Made by a program: the position numbers and the translations under genes. 64,000 bases of DNA from Mobula hypostoma (lineage: Eukaryota): NCBI RefSeq assembly GCF_963921235.1, contig NC_086102.1:34782001-34846000 (forward strand). Reading direction: 5' to 3'. Within the stretch, counting starts at the first letter, position 1. The number at the start of each line of letters is the position of its first letter. Under the pieces are notes generated by a model. It had not been told where the DNA came from. It made no database searches and worked only from the letters and a program-made list of their open reading frames with translations. This document shows, one piece after another, positions 25,998 through 38,618 of this stretch.

Positions 25998-27434
25998 CTG
26001 TGGAAGAAGGTTTTTCATTTTTTTAAATATAGATACGGGTATCAACAAATACAAGTCTCCAGCAACATAGCTCTACTGTTCACTTGAGCAAAATAAAGCC
26101 CTAATTTATACAACAATTCTGATGAAAGAAGTCAAACATGCTGACTATCCCTGTGCTTGTCCAAGGGCAAACGTTATGTGCAGGTGATGGTAGGCAAATA
26201 ATCTATTCCCAAGTCTCTGAAACGTGGCTCTGAATCTTGCCAAGGAAACCGCTTTGATATGCATAAATATTTGTTATTTATGCAAGTGCTCACAGACTAA
26301 CAGGCAGGATTAGCACAGAGAATCTTTGTCTATTTCCCTTCACAAAGTCATCAATTAGTAGAGTTAACCATACACCTCAAACCATGACTGGTGCCCAAAC
26401 TTTGGACATCACCATTATACAGTTTCGCAACTCATTATATGTTGCATTTCATTGAATTACTTGTGGAAAAGATATACATTTTAGCATGCACATAAGAAAC
26501 AGAAGGCAGCCATTCAGCCCTTCAGTTTCACTTCCTCTATTCCTCAAATGCTTGATGACTCTAATATTCAAAAATCTATTGATCTCCATTTTAAATATAC
26601 TTAGATACTGAGTATCCACAGTCCTCATGGGTAGAATTTTTTTGTTTAAGATTCACTAGCCCCTGGATATAGAAATTTCCTTTCATCTCTCTTTGAATTA
26701 CCAAACCTTTATTTTGAGAGAATAACACCAGGTTCTGGACACTGCAGGTGGGAGAGACATCATCCCTGAATCTACCTGGTCAAGCCATTACGATTATGCA
26801 CATTTCAACAAAATCATCTCTGATCTTCCCAAACTCAAATCCTTCCTTCATGCCACAAACCCACCATCTCAGAAATCAATTCCCAATACTGTGTTTCTTG
26901 TTCCCATCGTAGGGGAATGACCAGATGTGTTCAAATATTCCAGATATAGTCCCTTCGTAGCACATAAAACTGTGACAAGACTGCTCAAATGCTATTTACC
27001 TTGCTAAACAGAAACTGCATATTAATTCTCAGTGATTCATAGACAAGGACATTCAGGTCTCTCTAGCTATTCAACCTACCATCCACACACAATAAATGCC
27101 ACTTGTGATTTCAAATCTACTCCAATTCCCTTTTCTCAGAAGCAGCTTAAGTCATTTGGTCGTATTCAACCACTGAAGATGGTAGTTTATCATTAAAACT
27201 TCAGGGTAATTATGATGAGCAACAAACGTTGCCATGAACAGACATGTCACAGCACAAGAATGAAATAAAAGTGCCAAACAATGTTACCCTAAAACAAACC
27301 AAGAAAAGCAACAGAGAATATTAAATACATTATATGCAGTACAATATTTAGAAAGTTATAAGGGCATTGACAATCAATTCTAGCGCATTTATAATCAAAA
27401 TCAACCCAAAACTTTTAGTGCTGTAATAAAACAA

Positions 27435-28432
27435 GGCCTTCACCCTGCCTTGTGCAGCTGGATCCTGGACTTCCTGTCCGATCGCCAACAGATGGTAAGA
27501 GTGAGCTCCCTCACCTCTGCCCCTCAACACAGGTACCCCTCAGGGCTGTGTCCTAAGCCCCCTCCTTTACTCTCTGTACACCTATGACTGTGTCGCCCCC
27601 ATAGCTCCAATCTGCTAATTAAATTTGCTGATGATACTACATTGATTGGCATAATTTCAAATAATAACAGGGCACCCAACAAAGAAATCATCACCTTGAC
27701 ACAAAAAAACCTCTCCCTCAATGTCGCAAAAACAAAGGAGCAGGTTGTGGACTATAGGAGGAATGGAGACAGGCTAACCCCTATTGACATCAATGGATCT
27801 GCAGTTGGGAGGGTAAACAGCTTTAAATTCCTCGGCATACACATCACCGAGGATCTCACCTGGTCTGTACGTATGGGCTATGTGGTGAAAAAAGCACAAC
27901 TACGCCTCTTTCATCTCAGACGGTTGAGGAAATTTGGTATGAGTCTCCATATCCTAAAGACTTTCTACAGGGGCACAATTGAGAGCATCCTGACTGGCTG
28001 CATCACTGCCTTGTATGGGAACCGTACTTCCCTCAATCGCAGGACTCTGCAGAGAGTGGTGCAGACAATCCAGCACATCTGTGGATGTGAACCTCCCTAT
28101 TCAGGACATTTACAAAGACAGGTATGTAAAAAGAGCACGAAGGATCATTGGGGACTCAAGTCACCCCAACCATAAACTGTTCCAGCTGCTACCATCTGGG
28201 AAACGGTACCACAGCATAAAAGCCAGGACCTACAGGCTTTGGGACAGCTTCTTCCACCAGGCTATCAGACTGATTTCTTCACGCCGATCAAATTGTATTT
28301 CTATGTTATATTGACCGTCTTGTTGTACATACTATTTATTACAAGTTACTATAAATTGCACATTTAGACAGAGATGTAAATATTTTTACTCCTCATGTAT
28401 GTGAAGGATGTAAATAATAGTCAATTCAATTC
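27435..28432 (+). mobile_element. Rex1/Babar-like LINE 3' half
   Basis: G.PQGCVLSPLL and KFADDT RT motifs; KAQLRLFHLRRLRKFGMS...FYRGTIESILT; (CAATT)n-like tail. Confidence 0.85.
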
Positions 28433-28531
28433 AAAAAGTCTAAATATTGCTGAGTATGACACATGAAAACTATAGAAGAGAACTCCCTTAGTAGATTACA
28501 TCAAAAATATCATGTTGCACTAAATTTTATA

Positions 28532-29941
28532 TAGGTGTCCCCTGCTTTTCGAACACTTTACGAAACCTCACTGTTACGAAAGACCTACATTAGTTACCTG
28601 TTTTCGCTAACAGAAGGTGTTTTCACTGTTATGAAAAAAGCAGTGTGCGATAAAAGGCAGCGCGCGCCCCGAGCAGCCAAACTCCTCCCCGGAACTACAT
28701 TCTAGCTGGCATTGCTTAAACACGTGCCTGTGAGCATCTGTGCTTTATGTCGATTTATTTTGAGCATCTGTTAGCAAGGTGAGTTCTAAGGTATCGGAAA
28801 AGCCTAAAAGAGTTCTCAAGGGCGTTACACTTAGCGTAAAACTAGACATAATTAAGCGTTTCGATTGTGGTGAACGAAGTAAGGACAAAGTGAGTTTGGC
28901 TTGTGGAAGTTGACAAAGATGATGTTGAAGAGGTTTTGGCATCCCATGACCAAGAAGTGATAGACGAAGAGCTGATGCAATTGGAAGAGAAAAGGATAAC
29001 AATCGAAACCAAATGCAGTAGCGAACGGATCGAAAGTGAAGTCGTCCAGGAACCGAACGTGAAGCAACTGTGTGAGATTTTCGCTGCAACGATAAAGTAC
29101 GACTTTAATTTTGAAAGGGTACGTTGGTTTAGGGCATATTCGCAGGATGGTTTGAGTGCTTACAAAGAACTGTATGATAGAAAAATGTGCGAGGCTAAGC
29201 AGTCAAGCAAGCCTTCCACATCAGACGACAAACCTCGACCTTCGACATCGAGGCTGCCCTGATCGACAATGAGGTGACACCCCAGTGCCCCACCATCCCA
29301 ATCCCCGGGCCGTGGACCGATACATTGCCGCGGAGAATGCAGCGGTAGCCGGGACGCACCCAGCACATCTTTAAGAAAAAAGCCGAAATAAACAAGCTAA
29401 TTAATTAGGTGCCGCCCGGCACGTAAATGTCGTCCCAGATCAGAGGCAATTGCTGACTGCGTCGCCTCTGATCTGCGCTGCGCCGACATTTACGTGTCGG
29501 GATGCACCTAATTAATTAACTTGTTTATTTCGGCTTTTTTTTATTAGATGTGCTGGGTGCATCCCGGCTACCGCTGTACCGCTGTTATTTGATATGATTT
29601 GGCAGCTTCATAGTTTAAAGGTTACTGGAGAGAGTGTTTCTGCCGAGAGCACTTGCGTGAGACTTTTGCTACGGAGAACAGTGTGGCAATGGTTGTAGAG
29701 AAGTATTTCTACTTTATATAGGCTGTGTATTTATCATATCATTCCTGCTTTTACGATATGTTACTGTTAGTTTAGGTTTTATGTGTTATTTGGCATGATT
29801 TGGTAGGTTATTTTTGGGTCTGCGAACGCTCACAAATTTTTCCCATATAAATAAATGGTAATTGCTTCTTTGCTTTACGACATTCCGGCTTACGAACCGT
29901 TTTATAGGAACGCTCTACCTTCGGATGGCGGGGGAAACCTG
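28532..29941 (+). mobile_element. pogo/Tigger-type internally deleted DNA transposon
   Basis: TA-flanked imperfect TIRs (TAGGTGTCCCC...GGGGAAACCTG); remnants VTLSVKLDIIKRFDCGE (psq HTH) and DDVEEVLASHDQEVIDEELMQLE. Confidence 0.8.
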
Positions 29942-29982
29942 TACCTGCACATGAAAAACTCATTTGGAGTTACATTTCATAC

Positions 29983-30890
29983 CTGTTGTGTTGCAGATTT
30001 TAGGTTGCTTTTCCTGGCTCGCAATTTCTTCTCTGTGCCTTTGTGTAACCGAATATATCCACCTTCAGCTAAAGTACGTTGTCGTAACCTGCTTTTGTAA
30101 GTATCATCTAAGAGGCATTTGGAAGAAGAGGCTACAGCAACTGATTTCTGTTTGTCATATAATTTTGGTGGCCTACCACGCTTTCGTTTTGGCACATCTG
30201 ACGTACAAGAATTTTGGATCTCTGTCAAATTCTCCTTCTGCTGATTCTCACTCTCATTCCCATTTACAATAGGCACATCCGTCTGTTCACTGGTAGTTGG
30301 GGTTTCTGCCACATCCTGGGCATTATTCTCTGTACTTTCCAGATTTGGCGTGCTTACACTAGGCTCCATTGGTTCAATTTGCTCATTGACATGATTGTTT
30401 TCAGCACCACCGTTTTCCACAGAGCAGTCGAGAATACCCTGAATTTGCTGAACCGTCAGTTCTTCAGTTGTGTGTGTCGTTTGTGATTCATACATCACAG
30501 CATCTTTTGGGGCCTCATCTTCCACACCAGATGCAGGGGCTTCAACAGGTACGGGAATTTGTATAGGCTCTTGCAGTAACACAGTTATGGAGCCATCAGC
30601 AGTGCTTTCAATAGCTTCAGGCTCTGGTTGTTCTAAAGTATTAACATCCACAGGCAGCTCCACCTCGGTGGCATGGACTCTGGAATTTACAGTTTTTACA
30701 TCTCCCTTTTGGTACACAGTAATCTTCCTTTCCTCTAGCTGTTTATGCACATGTTCACACATCTCCAGAACTTCATACATTAGTAGATGACGTGCCAACG
30801 TGGCAACATCAGCCATATGACAGAAATCAAATGCTAAGACAGACGTATAAGCAAATTCCAACAATGGAAGAAAACTTGTTTTATTAAAGC
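29983..30890 (-). CDS. ZBTB11: ZBTB11 coding exon 4 (BTB end plus linker)
   Basis: TTGCAG|GC TTT; FNKTSFLPLLEFAYTS...KRKRGRPPK (AT-hook-like)...SATQQ; donor GTATGA; 908 nt. Confidence 0.95.
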
Positions 30891-32000
30891 CTGCAAAAGA
30901 ATGTAAAAAGTGAAAAGATTTATAAGGATGTTATTTAAAACTAACAATAATTATAAATATACTACCCAACAGTTTGGTCACTTACTACGTTGGAGCACTC
31001 ATGTCAAATGTCCAAAAGCAAAAGAATACTAGTACAACTGTCCCTTTTGCAGAATCTCTGGTTGTTATAACCAAAAGTCAGGAAAATGTTGGGAGAACTA
31101 GGACACTGTAACTACATATTTCATGGTGTTTGCTTCAACGTTTTAAGAAAAGTATCAAGGATTAAGTTGCACAATTTCTGGGAAAGATATTGTGTATTCA
31201 TGAAACTTACCGCAGTAAATAGTATAAAAAAACAAGCACAATTCATATTTCAATTAGTTGCTCATAATCAGAAACATGCAAGTTACACAAATCTTTCCAT
31301 TAAAGACTCTTAAATCCCAAATTTAATATTTATCACAGAAATGAAAATATAATCTCCATTTCTTTATAAAAATCAAAGCAGTTATTTACCCATTACAAGG
31401 CAAATTTATGACAATTCACCACAGTATACCAAAAGTCAAATGGAGAAATTTAATAACAAGATAATGAGATGCCCACAAGGGAAAACAAGCACGCAAGCAA
31501 CCTCATCAAATTTCAGATATTAAAAGTGAAAGATAATAGAAACAAATGATTCCATCATTTCTTCAACTTTTTGAGGAGGGGTCCAGTGGTGAATAAAACG
31601 ATAAGTAATGTGTTCTGCAAATGAATAGCTGATCCATCATAGTGTCATCAGGGTGCAGAGCATCTGTCTAATTGCACTGGGCCATATGGGTGTGGTAGAG
31701 AGGACTCGGGAGAAAAATACAAACAAGAACAAAAAAAAGGAGGAAGCAGGATCACAGTCAAAGAAAATAATAAACATCGTACTTTCCTGGTTTCACTACA
31801 TATAGCAGCTTTAAAATACTACAATCAAGGCCGCATGAAGGTCAATAAGCGTAAATACTTTTGATTTAAAACATCATCTTTGTTGCCATTATTTCCTATC
31901 ATTTGATTAATTTCCCACATTCCTTTGCAAGATGAAATAATAGTGCTATTTCTGTGATTTCCAGACATGATATAAACATAGATACTCGATTTTTTCGTAC

Positions 32001-32232
32001 CTGAAAGGTCCACAACCGCTTCATGACTGGAGACTGCTCCCTTTTCAATGAAGAGGTCTCGAAAATATTCACTGCTTGCTGCCAGAACGGACTTGTGTGC
32101 TTTGTACTCCTCTCCCTCGATCAGGAGCGTGACATCACAGAACTGGTTGGACAGTCTCTGAAAATTCAACTGTTCTAGCACTATTTGGCAGTGTTTTTCA
32201 GATTCCTGTTTCACAAGGCCCTTGCTATCCAC
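32001..32232 (-). CDS. ZBTB11: ZBTB11 coding exon 3 (BTB domain, first part)
   Basis: VDSKG...FCDVTLLIEGEEYKAHKSVLAASSEYFRDLF...VVDLS; AG/GT flanks; 232 nt. Confidence 0.95.
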
Positions 32233-34581
32233 CTGAATAAAACAATTTACACGGCAATTCCAAATTTGTGTCAACATGATTTAGGTCAACCAACAATTGT
32301 CTGGTTATGAACTTCTTCAGAACTACTAAAAGTGCCATTACTACTTCAACTTGCACTGCTAGAGTGCTTTCAAATTACAGATTGGTTTGATTGTTTCAGG
32401 AATCAGAGCAATACTTCTATTTCTGGGGCTATCCACAACAAGTGGTCACAAATATGCAAAACATGCAATAAACAATAAATCATATAAACAATTCTGCACA
32501 AAGAAATTTGTCCTGAAGTATTCATTAAACCTACATGTGGCTTTGGTACTGTCGTGACTCCAGGCTTTGGTATGAGAACAGGCAAATCACTAGTTTTAAT
32601 TACTGTCTTTTTTAAAAAGCTTGGTAGATACAGAAGAAAGAAAGGAATACAAGGGAATCTGGGTAGGTGTGAGATGAAATGACAGATGAGGTTCTTTATA
32701 TAGAGCATAAACTGGCAGAGATTATTGAACTCAATGGCTAGTTTCCATGCTGTGTAATTCTGTATGACAACGGAATGTGCTGCAAGATATAAATACCTCA
32801 GAAAGTGGGGAAAATCAAATCTAGGTTATTACCTAGTGACTTCAGTTTCTGTAGTTGTTTTTAATTGTTTCTTAGTGGTTGGTGTAGGTCAATTAACAGA
32901 AATTATCCATATTGCTGGTCATGAAAATGAAGTTGAGCATACTTTTCATAAGCAAGATGTAATAAGGCCAAACTTAAGCGTGCACTGAGTTAAAAATTGA
33001 AATAATTTACCTCAAAATTATAGTTTCACATGCTTTTAAAACATTATTTATCTAACTTCAGTTGGAAAGCTTGGAACCATTGGTACTCAAGCCATTGAAA
33101 CTGAAATCTCGTACTTCAAGACAAGCACTGTGAAATGCAGAAGTCCAGGGCAGACTCCACTACTGACCTTCTTATAGCATCTAGTACTGGAGCTCCTGGT
33201 CTTCCTGGGATTACCCAGGATAAAGATTTGGTGGGGGAGGCAGGTGGCACTTGGCTCACAGATCATAGACTGTTTAATCTTAATGGGGACTGAGAGAATC
33301 GGAGGCAATAAATAGAGAAGATAAAAGAAAATTGCTTTGGAAAAAATTCACTTAAGGCTTAAAATTATTCCTGTGTATTTTGCATTTTGGTTAACTTTTT
33401 AAAAAGCTGATTTTTATTTTAATTGAAAAATATTCAATGCCATGGAGCCTTAACAAGAGTGGATTGAAGAGGATGTTAAATTTTGTAGAAGAACACAGAA
33501 TGAGGGATCACTTTTTAAAAACATGGTATATAAGGGGTTGTTCATTTAACATAGTGATGTGATCAAATTCCCTCACAGATGATCATACATCTTTAAAATT
33601 ATCTTCCTCGAGGAGGCAATGCAAACAGAATCAGAATCTTTAAACATTTTAAAGGTTGAGATAAAACAGATAATCAATTAGCAAAGTGGGGGGGGTGGTT
33701 CAAAAGGTAAACAAGAGGCATAATTAAAGTTACACAGAGATGAATTGTGATCTTTTAAAAGGCAAAACATGCTTGAAGTTCTGAATGATGAGCTCTTAAT
33801 ATTTTGTATTTATTTTATCATTTAAAAATATCTAATTATCGAGATGCAAAACCCTCTGCTAGCAATGTCAAGCCTAAACTGTGTTGTTGTGAATATCACT
33901 AGTATTTTGAGAGCATGGCCTTTTTTAATGTTCTGCTAATGCTTTGATACAGTTCAAAGCAGATCATTAGATTCAGCAGATCAGTTTGGGATGACTGGCA
34001 CATAATTCTAGGTGGGATGAGTGGGGATGCTGTGATGTGGCCAAATGGATTGCATGATATTGAATATTTATCATCATTTTCTTTATACATCTGGATATAT
34101 AGCAGCCACAACATACTGCTTTGATCTCTACTCTTAGACATATTTGTTTTCCTACTTCTTATTCTTTGCCTTGACAAGTAAAAAACATGACATAATTGTA
34201 GCTTTCTTATCTGCCATATTATTGTCTAGCATCATTGTTAAGTTTACCAGTATGAATGATTATTAAATCTTAACCTTGGTGCAACATGGGAGCATTGAGA
34301 AATTTGAGTACAAAAAAACTTATACAGGTGGTTAATTGGTATTACAAGCTGACTGAAACAGCTACCTGCATTCCACACGTAGGTTAGGTTCTTTGTGACT
34401 AAATGAATCAAATACTGTGCAAATGGGGCATTTTCTAATCTCCTAGGCTAGCCTAGAAATTAAAACAGTCTAGTTATTATACGTTTTAATAAATAAAACT
34501 TAAAATCAACGTGTAAGACTCATACTTTCAGTTGAAGCTCCCCAAAGTCCCTTAAGTACCCATAGAATCAATGGTACTTAC

Positions 34582-34820
34582 AAACACCAACTCCTGCTTT
34601 GGGGCCGTTTTCTTTCTGGTAGGCTTCGGGGGAGCTTCAGCTCTTCCCCCCGAGTTACTCAATTCATCATCAGTTTCATTGCCATTACCCGCCACTGGAA
34701 CGTCTATGCCTAGCTGTTCCAACATTTCCATTGTATCGGCACATACTGACTTGTTTCGATCGATCTTTTCCTTGCATTGAATACATTCCTTGATATAGTC
34801 TTTCACTTGCTTAAATATAC
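34582..34820 (-). CDS. ZBTB11: ZBTB11 coding exon 2
   Basis: TTTCAG|GT ATA TTT; GIFKQVKDYIKECIQC...KQELVF; donor GTAAGT; 239 nt restores phase 0. Confidence 0.94.
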
Positions 34821-35051
34821 CTGAAAATGAAACAAAATGGCACTGCTAATTTAGGAAATAAAAGAGAGTTCAATTCATCAAATCTATGAAAAAAAATGGA
34901 AAAAAGTGATTTTAAAAAAGACTTCCAAAATTAACCTGGAGGGGACATGGTTAAAAATGATTCACTTGTACTTCTTCCAGTTTAGTGTATTGCATTGAAG
35001 AAGCTCACATTCAATCTTTCACATTGAAGTTCCGTTTCTATTCAATACACA

Positions 35052-35427
35052 CAGGTGCCAGGATAATCAAGGACACAACCCAACCAGCCAACACACTTTT
35101 TGTCCCTCTTCCCTCCGGGAGAAGGCTCAGGAGCTTGAAGACTTGTACAGCCAGATTTGCGAACAGCTTCTTTCCAACTGTGATAAGACTGCTGAATGGA
35201 TCCTGACCCGGATCTGAGCCATACCCTCCAAATATCCGGACCTGCCTCTCGGTTTTTTTGCACTACCTTACATTCCCTTTTCTGTTTTTTATTTATGATT
35301 TATAATTTAAATTTTTAATATTTTACTATCGATTTGTACTCCAGGGAGCGCGAAGCGCAGAATCAAATATCACTGTGATGATTGTACGTTCTAGTATCAA
35401 TTGTTTAGCGACAATAAAGTATAAAGT
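35052..35427 (+). mobile_element. Rex1/Babar-like 3' end
   Basis: ARIIKDTTQPANTLFVPLPSGRRLRSLKTCTARFANSFFPTVIRLLN; ACAATAAAGTATAAAGTA tail. Confidence 0.8.
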
Positions 35428-36621
35428 AGGTGATGCTGAGCATTAGTTGCCTGTCATTTCAATTCTCTATACTGGACCTAGTTGGCACAGTGTAAGTCAC
35501 CAGCTCATCTTTCGGGCAGCCATGTTACAGAACTTCAGCACAACAGTGGCTTCATTAACTTCAGATTCAAACGTTTGCATTAGAACTGGACAGATTTTTC
35601 TTTCTCTCTACTGACCTTACCTAAGCTGCTCACTATTTCCAGCATTCTCACTACATCAGATTTCCAGCAACTGCAATGACACATAGCTCACACTACAGGC
35701 ATTTCCCCTACATGCATCTCCTCCAATTAATAATCTTTCCTCACCACGTCTCAGTTAACCCCTTTGTTCTCCCCACCCCTTTACTTCTCCAAAAGCTAGA
35801 TTTCTGAATTTTCCTGGTTTTGATTAAAGGTCAGTGGCCGGAAGTGTTATCCCTGTTTTCCACACCACTGATAACGCCTGACCTGCTTTTATAATAGTCA
35901 AGAGACTCGTAAAACTTCAGTGCTAAAGTTATGGGAAGGAAAATCAAATACTTCCAAATATCATTGCTTCTCTGAGCATCAAACGCCAATCGATGTCATT
36001 CGATTCACTCTCAAAACACCTTTAAAAAGACTTTTTCGATGCTGTCACTGATTAGAATACCCATTACTGATCTTCATAACAGACAATTATCGACTCCATT
36101 TACTGTCACCGCCTACTTATCAGCAGTCCCCTCTCCCTTCACCACTGCCCTTGCCCCACCAAATAAACCACACACCCAAGTCACTCGACCGCTAACACAT
36201 AGGACCACACTCCCCCCATTTCTTCACCAATTATTTGGCATGGAAACGTTCTAAAATCAGGTTGTATTCAAAGTAAATTGTCTTGCCATCACTCTTGTTT
36301 TTCCCATTTTCTCAACTCCCTCCACATTCCGATCCCTGTTTTCTCACTCCTCTGCCCACTGTCCCACAACTTTCCTCCAGTTCTGATCCTGTTCACTTTT
36401 TCCCCAAAACACGGCTGCTGTCTATACGTTCTCTGCCACCTTCACCGCCTATTCTTCAGAGGTTCTTGATGCCTTCTTCACCACCCGCCTTCCAACAGGT
36501 GCTTCAAATAATGTTTTTCCACACTCGTCCCGAGTGAAGTCGAAGCCCCCTTGTGATCGCCCTTCTATGCGCCATCTCCACTAGTACTCTCTCCAAGAAG
36601 ACCGCCCCTACACCTCAAATA

Positions 36622-37265
36622 CATGGTGGAGGATTACAAATACCTGGAGATACGAATTGACAATAAACTGGACTGGTCAAAGAACACTGAGGCTGTCTAC
36701 AAGAAGGGTCAGAGCCGTCTCTATTTCCTGAGGAGACTGAGGTCCTTTAACATATGTCTGACGATGCTGAGGATGTTCTACGAGTCTGTGGTGGCCAGTG
36801 CCATCATGTTTGCTGTTGTGTGCTGGGGCAGCAGACACCAACAGAATCAACAAACTCATTCGTAAGGCCAGTGATGTTGTGGGGATGGAACTGGACTCTC
36901 TCACAGTGGTGTCTGAAAAGAGGATGCTGACTAAGTTGCATGCCATCTTGGTCAATGTCTCCCATCCACTACATAATGTACTGGTTGGGCACAGGAGTAC
37001 ATTCAGCCGAAGACTCATTCCACCGAGATGCAATACAGAGCGTCATAGGAAGTATTCCTGCCTGTGGCCATCAAACTTTACAACTCCTCCCTTGGAGGGT
37101 CAGACACCCTGATCCAATAGGCTGGTCCTAGACATTTCATAATTTACTGACATAATTTACATATTACTATTTATGGTTCTATTACTATTTATTGTTTATG
37201 GTGCAACTGTAACGAAAACCAATTTCCCCCGGGATCAATAAAGTATGACTATGACTATGACTATG
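36622..37265 (+). mobile_element. Rex1/Babar-like 3' end
   Basis: YKYLEIRIDNKLDW...KKGQSRLYFLRRLRSFN; (TGACTA)n tail. Confidence 0.85.
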
Positions 37266-37562
37266 AAAGTAACTTAGCGTCTGATTCAGGGTGAAGCAAA
37301 AAACCCGATAACCACCCCCCTTCCACGTCTCGTCCCTTCTTTCCCGCTCCCTGCATCTCCGTTCTTCCAATTCTTAACCAGCAGCTCTGCCAGATTATAC
37401 CCTACGGCAGGTCCTGAGGGATGTGCACTCCAATTTTCTCACTCCTCCTCCTCTCACATGTGGTTGCCCTTCTCACTATCCTCCCCAAAGTAACTTCCGG
37501 TCATGTCTCTAGTCCGGGGTGAGGCACAAGCCCCGTAGCCGTTCTCCCTCCGTAATCCTCAC

Positions 37563-37872
37563 CTCTCCACCAGTAGCTCTGCGAGATGTTCCTCCAAGTC
37601 TGGTCCCGGGTGAAGTGGATGCCCTCGGCGCTCTCGTGGAACGAGGCGATCAGCTCCCGGCGAGTGCTGGCCTCCAGCACTACCTCCAACTCATCGAACT
37701 CGTCGCGGTCCTTGCGCTTCTTCTGGTAGTACAGGGTTCCGCGCCGCACCACGTAGCAGGCGGCGGCCTTGCGGATCTTCCTCTTGACGTTGCCCTCGGT
37801 CCCCGGCGCATAAGGTTCCTTCTCGTTGGTCAGGTACCGGATGATCGCTTTGTAACTCTCCTCGTTCGACAT
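37563..37872 (-). CDS. ZBTB11: ZBTB11 coding exon 1
   Basis: ATG at 37872 gives MSNEESYKAIIRYLTNEKEPYAPGTEGNVKRKIRKAAACY...SYWWR, matching the ZBTB11 N-terminus; donor G|GTGAG; 310 nt; CpG-rich. Confidence 0.96.
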
Positions 37873-38300
37873 GTCACTGCCCCTGCGGTCAGGCCGGCTG
37901 CCGCCGAGGCCTCCCCGGTTTACGTTTAAAAACAAATAATATTTTTAAACTAAAAATTGTTTAGATATTTTATTTATTAAACGTTGGTTGGTTTCGGCCG
38001 TAGGGAGCGGGAAAGGTTCCTCGGAAAGATAAAATGGCTGCTGCACAACCGGAGATGACATAAGGCCATCGTGACCCTTGAACCGGACGACCATTCTTTG
38101 GCACATGGCTGCTATTGCTCTGTTGGTTAAAGCCGCGACTTTCTTGGGGACGGTCCCTCACGGGACATGTCAGGTGATACGGGTTCGTTCTCAGTTCTTC
38201 AAATTTAAAAAAAAATTCATCTGATATTTGTCCTCAGGATAATGGAGAGGGGCCATGGTAACGAGAGGAGTGTCGGCCTTCTCTCCGCGGCCAATGCTGG
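37873..38300 (-). promoter_or_regulatory. ZBTB11 CpG-island promoter and 5' UTR
   Basis: CpG-rich; YY1-like AAAATGGCTG at 38031-38040; ETS-like CGGAA/GGAA cores. Confidence 0.6.
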
Positions 38301-38618
38301 TCCGAAGTCAGAATGGCTCGGCACTTTGAGGGTGAGAGAAAGAAAACAAACGAACGATCTACAGACAATGAATAAAAATCTTTGATTCCGAAGTCCTGAA
38401 AAAAAAAACAGCTCGGCAGGGCAGGTAGTGGCTGTGAAGGACAAATGTCCAATATTCCAGGTCAAAGACCTTTCATCAGAAATGAGAAACGCCCAGTACC
38501 TTCCTATTAAAAAAAATACCTGAATTTGTTGCTAAATATAACAAAGCACCCAGGAAAAGTTATTGAGACAATCAACGGCCTTATGAAAGGCCTATATATG
38601 TGCCACATCATTCTATAA

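Noticed and set aside
37519-37929. 136-aa antisense ORF over ZBTB11 exon 1
   Set aside because: Shadow of a GC-rich coding exon, non-ATG start, no recognisable domain
37873-37935. 21-aa N-terminal extension of ZBTB11 in the ORF track
   Set aside because: Starts at TTG; homology begins at the ATG at 37872
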